DNA of 64,000 nt from Phoronis australis (lineage: Eukaryota > Animalia > Phoronida): positions 1 through 64,000 of the forward strand of contig NMRA01000189.1 in NCBI GenBank assembly GCA_002633005.1, in the 5' to 3' direction. Under the pieces are notes generated by a model. It searched no databases. It saw only the letters and a list, made by a program, of their open reading frames with translations, and had not been told where the DNA came from. Shown one piece after another: positions 23,764 through 36,900 of the stretch. The position numbers and the translations under genes are program-made. Positions within the stretch are counted from its first letter, which is position 1, and every line of letters starts with the position of its first letter.

Positions 23764-26700
23764 TGCCCTGTACAGCTTTTGTGTCCTTATCTGGATCGTG
23801 AAGTCTAATCTTCTAAGTCATACTGAGCTACTTTTTCTGTGGTGCAGACTCAAGATAAGTATTTGATTGTGTGGTCCAATGTATTGTAGTTTATGGTAAT
23901 GAGTTTTCAGTCCAAGTTTACACTTGATAACCTGTAGATTCGACCTGGAGACTTGATTTCAGACTCAAACTTAAAGCGTCACTACTGGGGTCATCAAGTA
24001 TAAACTAGAATTAGACGCACATACATAATATTGTTGAGCTGAGAGTGTAACGGACACTTGTCTTAGGTTTGCATGTTATTAAGTAGAATAGAATACATCA
24101 AAAATAACTTGGGGGATTAGACCACAGATCCAGACGATTGTTGCGGATGGCAGTATTGTGTGGGTAAGTCGGGGAACTTCTCTTAGTAGTCACGAGTTCT
24201 AGCATGGGCTGAGTTGCATTAGCAGTTACAGTTGTTGACTTGGCTATGGGGCCTGTACTGTTTGGTGACAGTAGCATGTGTTGCTTAGCTAGGTGTTCTC
24301 ATGTCTTGCCAACTATAAATTTTGATAATTTCCTAATAGTTCTTTGATAATTTTTTGGTTAATTGTCTCCTTTGGTTTGTGCTCAAAATTTCATTTTGTT
24401 TGTATATTCCATTATTTAATCGCATGTGTCATCGTTTTCATTGGACTTCAGTTAATATTAATTAGATTTTGTTCTTCGTTGTATGCAATTGAGCGAGTTC
24501 ATTAAGGGGAAATTCTGCGGTGGGATTGGTGTACCACACTGTTAACTGACTTAATTCAGAAAGTTGGACAGGTTCTAAACAATTTAGCTCCTAATACTGA
24601 TTATTTTTTCACTTAGCGAATGTCTAAACGTACTTATTAGAAGGTGAGGTAAAGTTATGGCAAAACCTGCCAATTTAGGACACGGCATGGCCAACTAGTG
24701 AAATTTTATTGTTTCATTTTTTCACACCTAACAAATGCTGTTTCACTTTTACTTAAAGGTCTATGTCATAGTCACCATCTGACAGTCATTCTTGGAAATT
24801 GTGAATGTTCATAACAGTATGTTAGATTACAGATTTTGGCAATGATTTTCCGAAATTGTTGACATTTTGCCTAACTCCAAAAACGTTGATGTTGCCAGGG
24901 TAAGAAATTCCTTCAAAGTTGTATCAATTATCTTTGTTGACATTCATCTCTCCTAGATCATTCCCGTCTCTGCGCAACAGTTTTAATAGTCTTTCTCACG
25001 TTTAGTAGTTCTACGCATAATGAATTTTCCTTTTCACACTATCATGGATGCATGAACGATGTCCTGCCACGTTTCGTTTCCAGTTGCCATTGCTGTTTGC
25101 TAGAAGTTGTGCAACATCCTTGTTTATCTAATGGAAAATAAGAACAAAATTTATCCAGCTTTCAGCTGTAATATTGGTCCAAACTTTTTGTGCAGCTTCG
25201 TATTTCTGATATCCTTAATCCATTCGCATTCCAACTGTAAAGTATTGATTGTTGGCGAGCAAGAGACTTTGGGGTCTGCCGTGTCTAAAGCTAGAATGTT
25301 TGATTGGCTTTGCTTGTGTGATAATGGTGATGGAATGTATTATCACTGCCACAACTCAGTTTTGTTTAGGTCAGTTACTGATATTCATCTTTAACTAGAA
25401 CTAATGTGACGACTTGACGTGTAGATTTTGTTGATATTGTAACGTCATTTGTTGGAACTTAACCACAAGGGTGTATCTGGTAAGGAAGAGCCAGGATGGC
25501 TTTCTGTATAGAATTCAGCATATTTAGCAACTTGGTCTTGTTTGCTTTGCTTAAACATTCCTCTATTATTACTTGTTACCATGGCTATTTCTTACGTACC
25601 TACATACGACGAGGAAAGATTGTTACTTCCAACAAGTATTCCCACAAAATGTACTTAGTTAATGCTCCACAACTAAAACTGGCAAGTTTGTTGCGGACAG
25701 TCTGTCAATAGACTTGTCTCTGAACTCTTCTGTCGCTGAGGTAGAAAAATGCTTAGCATGGTCATCCTACTTTTCAAAATGTAAGGCACTCCTCAGTTGT
25801 GTAACCAGGATTTATGCTTTCTTCCAAGTTTTGGTGTCGACATTGTAAATTAAAAATGCAATATTACAAGCTTGATGAATCGCACAATAATTAGTTTGAG
25901 ATAGCAACCAGTACATTTGCATGTGAGGTAGGTCAAGTGCTTACCATGTCGTGCATTGTGGGTAATGTGCTCTATCATGGTGGACCTATTGTCAATGCGT
26001 TGTGTATTTGTATTTAGATCTATTTCCTGTGCTATATTCACATATATGTTATAGTCTACTAAAGAACACTTCAGTTCAGGCCAAAAAAGCATTGGTTGGT
26101 CTCTAGCCCGGACTCATTCAAAAAATGCATCAATTTCCGACATTGCCAAGGTTTCATGTTTTTTTTTTGAAAGTCTGCGCAAAAGCACACAAGTAAGGTT
26201 TGAAACGCAATGCTTTGCAAAGTGATGAGTAAAAACAAAAATAAATCCCACATTGTTTTTGCTCGTTTCTGTTGATTTTCTTTTTTGAAAGTCAGCACAG
26301 ACCATAACCCTCTATGCTTTTCAGGTTCTATCAAACAGTAGCAACAGCGCTGCACCCTGGTGGTTTCCCATCTATTCTAAAAAAGGAGTGCAAGTAATTG
26401 CGTCGTGTGTGTTCACTCATTTTTCCAGATACAAATGCTGCACTAATTAGAACATCGTGTACACAAAATACATGCCTACAAATTGCTCGCAGCTGACAAA
26501 GCGTTTATACAGGAGGGCCTCGATTACGACATACGCTTAAGTTTCTTCAAATTAGAACACAATGTGGTGAAATGGTCGTATTTTATTTCATCAAAATTTT
26601 CAACGAAAGTAAACAAGGCAATTTTGATTATCGTGATTATTTGAAAACTTTATACAGTACGGAAGTCATCTGTTATCAGCAGGCACACCATGAAATTTTG

Positions 26701-27503
26701 ATCATTTCTGGCAATAACAGTGCTTCGAAAATGAAAAAAATGACGATTTTGGAAATTATTTTTGTTGAAATTTGAGGTAACTTTACCATGCCTTGTTTAG
26801 AACATTAACAGCAATGTAACATACAAATCTCCTAGGCACAATGTTACACAGTGTGATTTGGTTCAAATCATAATTGCTTACAACAAGCAGAAACTCTACT
26901 TGGAACAAATGTGGCTTACCACAAATGAAAGTGATCGGAGAATAGTATTGCTTGGCCTGCTGGACCATATTTATGATAGTAAAGCCTGTGCCTGAGTGCA
27001 AAGTATGCAGACAGTTGACAGACAGTCGGAAACACCTTTGTGCCACATCACACTTTAACTTTAGAAGTGGTGTACAAATAGTTTAAACCGGTGAGGGCTC
27101 AAAATATTACAGGGCCCCTTATTGAACAGGCGTAAGAATTTGAAGGCAATTTCACAGTTGGCTGAGGTGGAACGGAAAAAGAACGTCAATGGTAGAAGGG
27201 TTTATGACGAGACATTTAAGTTGCAAAAGACCTAAAAGTCTGCCCTTGGTATAAGGGAATGTCATTATAGCCTAGCTGTCAAAAGGCCTTTGTTATACAT
27301 TGCTACAACGTTAGATAGAATGTGTATTACTCTAAAAATGTAGTTATGCACAAAACAGTACCTAACATTTTGTTTTCTGGTGCCTGTTGTATATTTCTTT
27401 TGAAATGAACATGTTAATGTATATTACACAGAAGCAAAAATAATCTTTAAAAAAACTGGTATGAGAAGCAGAACAGACCTTGGTAAATTGCGCACCATTG
27501 GAC

Positions 27504-28645
27504 ATAGGAAAACATGTTCAAGTGGTGCTCTTCGGTAATGACGTCAGAAGCAGATAACAACACAGTTCAAAAGCACTGTAAAACACACACGTCAATTGAA
27601 TCACAAAACTTAATGGCTGAATGTGCTCCTTACTCATGCTCATGTCTAGAAGTAACTTGACTCATAGACCAGGAAACCTGAATCAACTTTAGTTATTTAC
27701 ATTAATATTCAATAGATTAGTACATGGGCGGCTCACCATAGGGGGCTGGGGGGCTATAGCCCCCACTTTTTACAGTGCTGCGCCGCCCATGAAGTATAAG
27801 TTTTACATGGCATTAAAGCATTGCTTTGTGTCAAAAAGGTCAAGTTTTGATTGAGACCACTTACCATACATGTTATAAAAATTGATCTCGCCTCGCTCCT
27901 TACTCGGTTCATTACAGTGTTTTCTCGTTGCTCTCAACTTGTTCGATTCTATAGCCCAACAACAAGCTGGGAAGATGACCCCTATAGCCAATATCTTACA
28001 TGTCTAACTCCATTTTGGCATTTATGGTTGGAGGGGCAGCTCTCTTGTTTGATAACTGTTCTAATCTCCAATAAAATTCTATCTAGCCTTACTGGGCTGT
28101 GCTGTTCAAAATAAAAGTTATGTTATAACATATTTGAACATAAACCAATAGCATTTCTGAAATCCTCGTCAAATGATCATTTTTTTTGAATCGTCAAAAT
28201 CGCCCAACTACAACCGAAGTTACGACAATCTATTCTTTCCGAACGTTCGCTCTGGGTTTGACTGCGTTCACACGTGGCCTGTAATAAGCCTGGTAGATAA
28301 TTGGCCTGCCTGTTGTCATATCAGACAAAAGACTGTGCTTTGCAGTTAACAAAGGAGCTAGATGTTATCACACGCTCACAACCCTCAATGTCTGGTAAAG
28401 TCACTGAATGGAAGAATGCCGTCATCTCGGACTCGGCAAGAACTGACATTTTGTTATTTCTTCAGACGAAACTCGTAATATTTCAGGTTACACCAAATTA
28501 CTCCTAAAGTATGATCACATGTAAGTAGCTCATTTAGCCATTAGGTTTTGTGATTCAACTGGTGTGTTTTACAATGCTTTTGAACTGTCATGTTATCTGC
28601 TTCTGACCTCATTACCGAAGAGCACCACTTGAACAATACTCCTAT
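27504..28645. mobile_element. About 1.1-kb non-autonomous element with about 150-bp imperfect TIRs and nested repeats
   Basis: 27515-27660 (TGTTCAAGTGGTGCTCTTCGGTAATGACGTCAGAAGCAGATAAC...) is the reverse complement of 28495-28635. The interior holds a MITE (27723-27791) and a dispersed repeat also found at 250-965 and, inverted, at 48545-48800. Confidence 0.65.
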
Positions 28646-28943
28646 AATGAACTGTGAGTTCTTTCAAAACCCCGAGATCACCTGAAATTGCACAGTTTGA
28701 CACATTTGAAACCAATTTCATTACTGTTACAGTAAGAGGCCTAAATCAAAACTTTGACATCATTAAACACACTAGGTTTAATACAACACATTAAAGGACC
28801 ATGTTAGACCAACAAAGTTCACAATATATTTTATACCTTGTAAATAAATCGATGTCAAAATTAAAGACTACATCAAAAATAACAACTATCAAAAAGCAGT
28901 GTAATGTCCTACACTACATGTACGTAGTAAATCAACACAACTA

Positions 28944-30462
28944 CTGTATTCACCCTAATAACCGCTCATGCCCTATATAAGCGCCCCCCACGCGTTTTCA
29001 GACTTTGCTAAAATAAGCACCCAGCCCATGAACATGCACGTGCGAAAAATGCCTTACCTACAGTGTTAAAATTCTACAGTAACGTCTTGAATTTATCAAT
29101 AATATCCGACAGTCCTGAAAAAATCATTGTGCGCAGAATTTGTAGACCACGAGCCTCGCCGCTATGTCGGTATTTAGCCGTGACTATACACTTCAAATTT
29201 CTGCCGTGCCTCAAAACGAACACAAAAGTTTTGCTGATCTTGTGAGGAATGTATCCCACTATCGTCTGGCCTTTCATAGCAGACGTAGTGTACTTGTCAA
29301 CGGGATTGTATTGTAGATATTTCCCGTTTAGAGAAATATAAATTTCTTTGTACATGTGAAAACTGTGAATCGAAGACTAATAAAAAACTTGGCCAGTGTT
29401 AAAAGCCCGTGGCTAGGAAGCGCACGCTACGTACATGTACCTCTCATCAAAGACATTAGTCGGGAACTATCCATTCATAAAACAAGTAGCATATCATCGG
29501 CAAGAAATGAATATTGGCACTAATTTCCAACAGTTTCTAATAAATGTTTGCGTTATTTTTAAGAGGGATTGTTTGATTAATCATAATTGGTGTTTTTATG
29601 TCAAATATCCGATAAAATGACCACTGACAGTGAATACTTACACACCCTTATACCTTAAAATAACTGTCAGATACATAGTCACGTACGCATCCAGCCACAC
29701 AGGGACTAACATGGGCCTTACCGAGACAAATTTCGAACGTTTTTAGTACATGAGACCGGCAAGTGCTGAATTAAACACGTTCTGCTTTAGGCCTACTGCG
29801 AGACAAGTGCTAATTTCTTTAGATACAATGCACATCTAACTCGTTCGATTGCGTTTACTCTAGCCAAAGACGGTCTCTGTTCTGGCAAATGAACTCTGGT
29901 GACACGCACGCCCTCGCTTACTCACAAACGCAGACGAACTTCAAAACAAAAGTCACGTGACAACAACATGATTGTGTGTTTGTCCAGAGATTTTTCTCGT
30001 GTTACCGGTCATAGATGGCACGATGTAGCACAGATTTGTACTTAAACCTGCCGTGATCCCGACTCCACGGGAACTTAAAAATCTTAGGGACGCTATTTGG
30101 AAAACTTAAGGAGGATTTCAGGTAATTTCCTTGAGTCGAAACTATTTTTATTCAAGCATTCAAGTCGCCATATCGACGATTGCGAGGCAGTCGGCAAGTT
30201 TTCGCCCTGAGATTTCAGCACAATTTTCTGTAAAATGATCGTAATTTAGCAGCAAAGTTTGATAGCAATGCTCCACGATTGTGTAGAAAGTCTTTCATAG
30301 GTTACAGATACGTCACAGAGGGTAAATATGACGAATCTTAGCTTTTGATTTCACCCATTTCAGAGACCAGGTTTTAACCGGCTTGGGTTACAATAAGCGC
30401 CCCCNCCCCCCCCCCCCCCGAAACGAATTTCTCTAAGCGCCCTGGGTGGTTATTAGGGTGAA
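28944..30462. mobile_element. Non-autonomous TA-flanked TIR element (Tc1/mariner-pogo-like termini) carrying a degenerate HIRAN-like ORF
   Basis: The left end is TA|CTGTATTCACCCTAATAACCGC and the right end is GTGGTTATTAGGGTGAA (terminal 5 bp lost). TAAGCGCCC subterminal motifs occur at both ends. A related 3' half sits at 32452-32920. Confidence 0.65.
29074..29376 (-). pseudogene. Degenerate HIRAN-like domain ORF inside the TIR element
   Basis: SSIHSFHMYKEIY...NPVDKYTTSAMKGQTIVGYIPHKIS...LRHGRNLKCIVTAKYRHSGEARGLQI matches the HIRAN pattern GxHxY..NxxDxxAV...VGHVP...CxVTG...GLEI. An in-frame stop lies just upstream (29377-29379). Confidence 0.6.
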
Positions 30463-30907
30463 GTTTCTTCAGTAACACAACACAGGGACAGAGTCTAAAA
30501 ACTAGACCGTTTGCTTTTAAGCTATCATGATAAAATGCATGGCACTGACATTTTGAGGAATTTTAGCAATGTGATAACCTGTTGAAAAAAGTGTGATTTG
30601 ACAACTTCTTGAAAAGATGCACTGACATTTTGAGCTCTAGTAGCACTGTAGTACACCTTTGAATATGGAACAATTTTGACTATTTCTGTGAAAAAGCGAA
30701 GGAAGTACAGAGCCCAAAGTGAAAAACAATAATGAAACTAACAGCTGTCATAAAAACTGGAATTTCTCAAGTGGTGTATAAAATAAAGCATATATTAAAC
30801 AGTATAAGGTTACATAAGAAGTGGATTTTGAAAGACAACTAAAAAACTTGGTAGTCTGAAGCTAATTCCACTTTGTTTCCCTCAACCAGCCAAAGTAGTG
30901 ATTCAGA

Positions 30908-33900
30908 TCAATTTGAACCTTCCTCAACTGACCATGTGTTCTGAGAGTAAGTCTTTTTCTTTAACATCTTCAAGCTAAAAAACGAGAACAAATCTTTGAA
31001 ATGACTTTATAAACAAACAATGGTCACGTGACTATCCATAGATGATATGTTACATGACTTCTGAATTACGCATAATTATGACACAATTAATTAATATTCA
31101 CAGAGGGATATACTGAGCACAAGTATGGTAAATAATCTCGCCATTAAGACAATTATCGATCAGGCAACAACAATCATCATTCTGAGGAAGTCAATAGCCT
31201 GTGATTGATGAAAGCCTTTATGGTGAAATTATTAACCATGCTTGTGGTCAGAGAACCCTTTGTATATAAATTGTTTTTGATGAACATTTTTGCACAATGA
31301 ATTACTATGAAGCACAGTGCACTGATTAAGTATCTTACAATAAGCAACTGGTACGGGTGAGTGCAACTCATCCTATCATTAAAAGAGGATTCTCAATAGA
31401 TTGGGAAGCATTCATTAATATCAATTGAAAATCTCAGGATGGAGGTAAAAGGAGATTTAGGAAGCAATGGGGGGGGGGGGCTGATCACAGTGACTCTTGG
31501 CACCACCTGGCTATACCAGAAGGTACCTCAAAAATCAGTTGGTGGGACCAGACGTTTAAAAACAACAAGAAGTCCGAGGTGGGCAATCACTCAATGTGTC
31601 AAATCACAGGATCGTACAGTGCATTTTGTCGCCCAAATACAGCAAGGATACTAAAACTTATGGCCTCAACGAAGAGAAGTAAGTGACAATATAAACAAGA
31701 TTTTTCAACTTCAAGATGTTTCGATGTCTCAAACATCATCATCAGGATAAGCAATCAAGGCCGTCAAGCAATCTTGACCCACACAGAGTACAGTAAAACT
31801 ATCAGCACGCATCACAGCAACAAAACATCAAAAGACCAATGGCAGCCTGCTAAGCGCCAATTACTGCTTACTCAGATCAGGCTTGAGCCAGCTGAATAAT
31901 ATGTGAATTGACCACTGTATTGTCAGAACCTAAATCTTCGTAATCGCAGGTTTTAAGATGACGAGTACTACAGATAATAGATATCCAATCCAAGGCAAAT
32001 TTGAATCCATGCAGCGCATTATATTCTATAGGAGCCTACTTTCTACTTTAAATATTGTTCAACATATTTCAAGGTACTCTACATATTAAACATTTTGATT
32101 TAGATTTTCAAACTGCAATTGGATTGTTGTTGTGAGAAGTGAAAGAACAATTCATAATTATTCTAGAATATTCTCAGCATATAAAATGACTCCGTCATAA
32201 CCAGTCATCTTCTTGTGTGCACATTACCACAATATGTAAACAGTTTAAATCAAAAGTTAGAATTCTGACAGGCAGACTTATGATAGCTTCAAGAAATTTG
32301 TGTGTGACACCTACCCTTCAATCAACTTCTTGTTTTCATCTATTGCCTTTCTGACCTCAGCAGAGCTCTCGTTTAGTGACTTCAGACTGTTCGGTAAACA
32401 CAACAAATGAGTGAAGGTTGATTTATTGAATAACTTAACTGTAAGTGCAACAAACGTCATGTGACAACAACATGTGTGTTCGTCCAGAGATTTTTCTCGT
32501 CTTGCGGGGCAGATTTAGACTTAACCTGCTGTTAATCGCCAGGAACTTGAAAATCTTAGATACTTGGAAAACTTAAGTGAGGATTTCAGGTAATTTGCTG
32601 AGTCAAAACTGTGTTTTTATTCACGCTGCCATATTGACGATTGAGAGGCAGTGGCGCATTGATGAGTTTTTGTCCTGGGATTTCAGCACATTAATTTTCT
32701 GAAAAATGATCATAATTTAATAACAAAGTTTGGTAGCAATGCACCACAGTTTTGTCGTAGGTTACAGATACATTACAGAGCATAAATTTGATGAATACTG
32801 GCTTCAGGTTTCACCCGCTTCAGAGACTGGGTTTCAACCGTTTTAGGTTGCAATAAGCGCCCCTCCCTCCTGAAAGGAATTTTTCTGAGCACACGGACGC
32901 TTATTAGGGAAAATACGGTAAGACTTGGTCTTACGTTTTCACTTCACAAATATAGAATAATGGTTTAGTTATAAGTAGATCAGAGTCCAGATACGATTCA
33001 TAGAAATCACTAACTAGAAGTTATCTGTATATTCTCAGAAACCTCATTTTTGGTCAAATGAGATTTTGTTGAGTGGAGCATAAGACCAAATTTCTGATCC
33101 AAGTCTTCAGTCATATTTCACAAAACAGACCCTAGATGTTTACTGCAAGCTATAAGCACACAAGTGATGTGTTTAGGCAGCAGTACCACGATCTAGCGTT
33201 TTGGTCACAAAACCTACATAATCCTTAATAGCAACCATCGCATGTAAGTACCGTAAAAGTTATGTGTAGGTATCACTAACAGTAAAACTCACATAAATCA
33301 GAGCAACCAAACCAAAGATCTTTCAGTTGAGCAAACATCAGATTTATCCATGATTGTCCAACTTCTTCAAGAATAATTTATTGTCCATGTATATTATGTG
33401 AACCGAAATGAAACTCATTGCAAAGTAGTCTACAAAAAATATAAAACTGGTAATCACCTGTCACAAAGCTCTTGGGCCTTTTGCGAACACTCCTTGTCTG
33501 CTGTAGGTGGGAGTCTGATGTCATCCATGTCACCTGAAAATGTCCAGGAGTTGGGAGCAGACATATTAGCAGACGACAAACTGTTGGACACCTCAGACAC
33601 AGCGCCCTCTATGGACTCACGGTAGATGGGATGGTCGATGGCCTCCAGTCGAAGTCGCCGTAGAATATGAGACATAGTCTCACTGTATTGCTCCGCAGTC
33701 TGAAATAGTGAACAAAAGCTCAATGGTTATCATTGCCAATATATGACATGCTGGATACAGATAACCACAATGTGACTGACACACTTACACAATCGCTGAT
33801 TATAAATTGGGTTACAATATTATCTTACCATTCTGTAGGGACCTCACTATATGACGGAGTGGTTGAAAGGAAATTAACCCTGGATAGTGCAAATACAGCA

Positions 33901-36900
33901 AATTCTACAATAATATCATGGTAGCTGTAAACCTCATAATGCTAAATCGTAGTAAGAGACCGTCCGGAGTTGCCACATGGTGCAACTCCAAACAGTCTGT
34001 GCTCAACAGAAACCCACAGTTCTACTACGAGTATACACCAACTTAATAGACGAGAGTAGTTCTACTTGCCACGACAGCTGCACGTATCATGATCTCTTTT
34101 GTGACACACAATGTGTGGCTGGGCAAAGCCTTTTCAAAATATTGCAGATAAGCCAGTGGAGCGTGCGACCCCTGAGGTCCCTGTCAAGTCCTCACGACAA
34201 TTCTACGTTATGTGCATTCAATCCAGAAAGTAAACTTTTGAATGATTTAAACTACTTTCCACTATAAAATTGGTTCCAACTTGTTCTATATACTCAGATG
34301 TTAAGTGATTTCTCATGTTTTTCATTATTTTGCACTTCACACTCAAAGTCTAGTATTCTGAAGCGGTTCTCATTCATTCCATTATACATACGTCCATTCA
34401 CTCACTAGTAACACTGAGCTCAGAGGAGTACAAGAGACACTTTCGTGCTATGCTCGATTGTCTTCTAGTAAAACCAGGATTCGAACCCAGGTCTCTCACA
34501 TGGGAGTCTACAGCTCAAACCACTGAGCCACAGTGTCTCCACGGAAACTCACAATTCATTATTTCCTGAGACTATACTCAGCATGCAAAATGATATGCCC
34601 GACACGCCCTAACAAGCCAACTTGTAGAGCAAGCAATCATACCATGCACCTGGCAGTTGTTTGAAGCTCTGAAATCACCTCCAATTTTACTGAGAAACAA
34701 GTCTGAGATCAATTTCTTATTTGATTTATTTATCATTTATTATTTATTATTGTGATATTTAAAATGAGGGTGGCCTCTTCAGTGATAGCACTGCTTTCCA
34801 AGAGGGCCCTCAATGGTCTAAATAAAAATTTGTTTATTGTTATTGAGGGCAGTTTCATGACGACCTCCACCATTCAAATTTCACAACAGTCATAGAAAGT
34901 ACGAGATCACTATTGTGAGGTGGTGTATACAGTCAAGTCACTCCACTGAGTTGTTCATGCAGGTCACACAATAGAGGTTGGNCGATTTAACAACAAAGAA
35001 ACAATATTAATTACAATGCATGTTATATCTTCTACCTTCAGCTTCAATTTTTAATGATGGATTTAGTTTGGTGTCCAAATGGGTTGCAGATTGTTGCAAC
35101 GAACAGATAGTAGATATCACTGAGACGCATTTGTGTTCACACTAATCCCCAACAAAACAAGCCAATCATAAAAGTTTAGCCACTGCGATAAATGGCTATG
35201 GAAAACCCAACCGTCAAGAATCATCCATAAATCCTAGTCAGAATATGAGATTTAGAACCCAATATATAGTGTCATTTCTTCAACCTGAGAAGAAAGCACC
35301 TATCAGTATCAAACTGAAGCAAGGTCTCAAACCTTTTCAAAAGCCACACAAACGTATGCGAGCAAGGTTCTAATTGGTGTTACTTGCCCAGTTAGCTACA
35401 ATCACACAGTCAATTTTTGGATAAGACAGAAATAACCAATTGTTCAACAATGATGAATGCAAATACCATGTCAAGTTTTGTTGCGAATCCATCCACAGTA
35501 TCTCCCAGTCTCTCAATCAAGCAGTCTGCAACTTTGTACTTCTCTCGAAACTCGCAAATTCCACTGTAACGTAAAGCGGAAAGAATAATTATTAAATTTA
35601 ATTTCTAAATAAATTTAACTGTAAAACAAAAATTTAAGTATGTTATTAATATGTAAATAGAGTCACTAACAGTCAGACTGTGCAAACACTGTCATCTCAC
35701 ATGTAAAATAACACTTCAAGGGACACTTCTCCAATGATTAGCCAAACTGAAGTGCTTTGAAGTTTAAAAAATTAAAACGATCATCCGGAATTGTTGCCAA
35801 ATGGGCGAGCAACTCAAGTCACAGGCGATGCGAACATCCAGCATTTTCAAATTTGTTATAGTGTGGAATGAAACTATGATTGACCACGATCTTCGTTAGT
35901 CTCAATAATGTGCTGTTTCTAATGCTCTGCAGCAGAAAATGCCAACAGAACACTTTCGTAACTACACGGCACCTACAAATTGACCTGGTTTCCGTTTTTG
36001 AAAGTGGTATTAAGTTGTGAGTTGCACTACCAACTCAATAGTAGGTCGGCACCAAACGTGTTAGCTTGTTAAATGCAAACAAAATTTTCAAAATTTTTCA
36101 TGAAAGATGACAGGATGTTCTATAAGATTCAGAGTCACTTCAATTGGTAAAAAATACATCTGATTCACAAAGTTAAAAAAGATTTTACTGTTCATGAAAT
36201 AAGTCAGATTTTGCTTTAACTTGAGTTGCTTCATAAAATGACAATTACATCATAAGAAAGATCAACAGTCAACAGGATATTGAACAGAAGAAAATCAATT
36301 TGCTGAAAACGTCATCTTCCTAGCGTAATTCAACTTCCTCACATGCAATGACTCTAAATTTATTATGCAGTGACAGTGAATAAACATTTTAGTTTTTGGG
36401 GCCACTTTTGAATGATTTACAATATTTCATCAATTGACAAAATTATTTAGACACGTCAAATACATTCAATACATAAGAATCATGCAAGCATGCAGACCTG
36501 AATATTTTGAAAATTACTCACGCAAACCAGTCAGGCAGCTGATTGTAAACGTCCTTTAACTTTTTAAAAATGTCAAAGAAAAGCTTCATTCCTTTTCTAC
36601 ACCTGTGCTCAATCTTTTGCCTGCAATACACCAAAGGTCAAAGGGAACTATATCAATTTGAAATTGAAATATCTTGACACAAAGGAAACTTTTGTTTACC
36701 TCAAGAAATGTATTCTGACTTTCAACTGGTGAAAAACAATATATTGCCTTAAAAGTAATAATTTAAGTCAACAAACAACAGAAAATACTAAACATAAGAA
36801 TTTTTGATCAAGTAAGTTCAACTTGGTACACGTACACTTAGTGTCACACTGTACTGAGTTCCAGAGTAAGAAGAAAAACTTGAAGTAATCTTGGAGTTGA

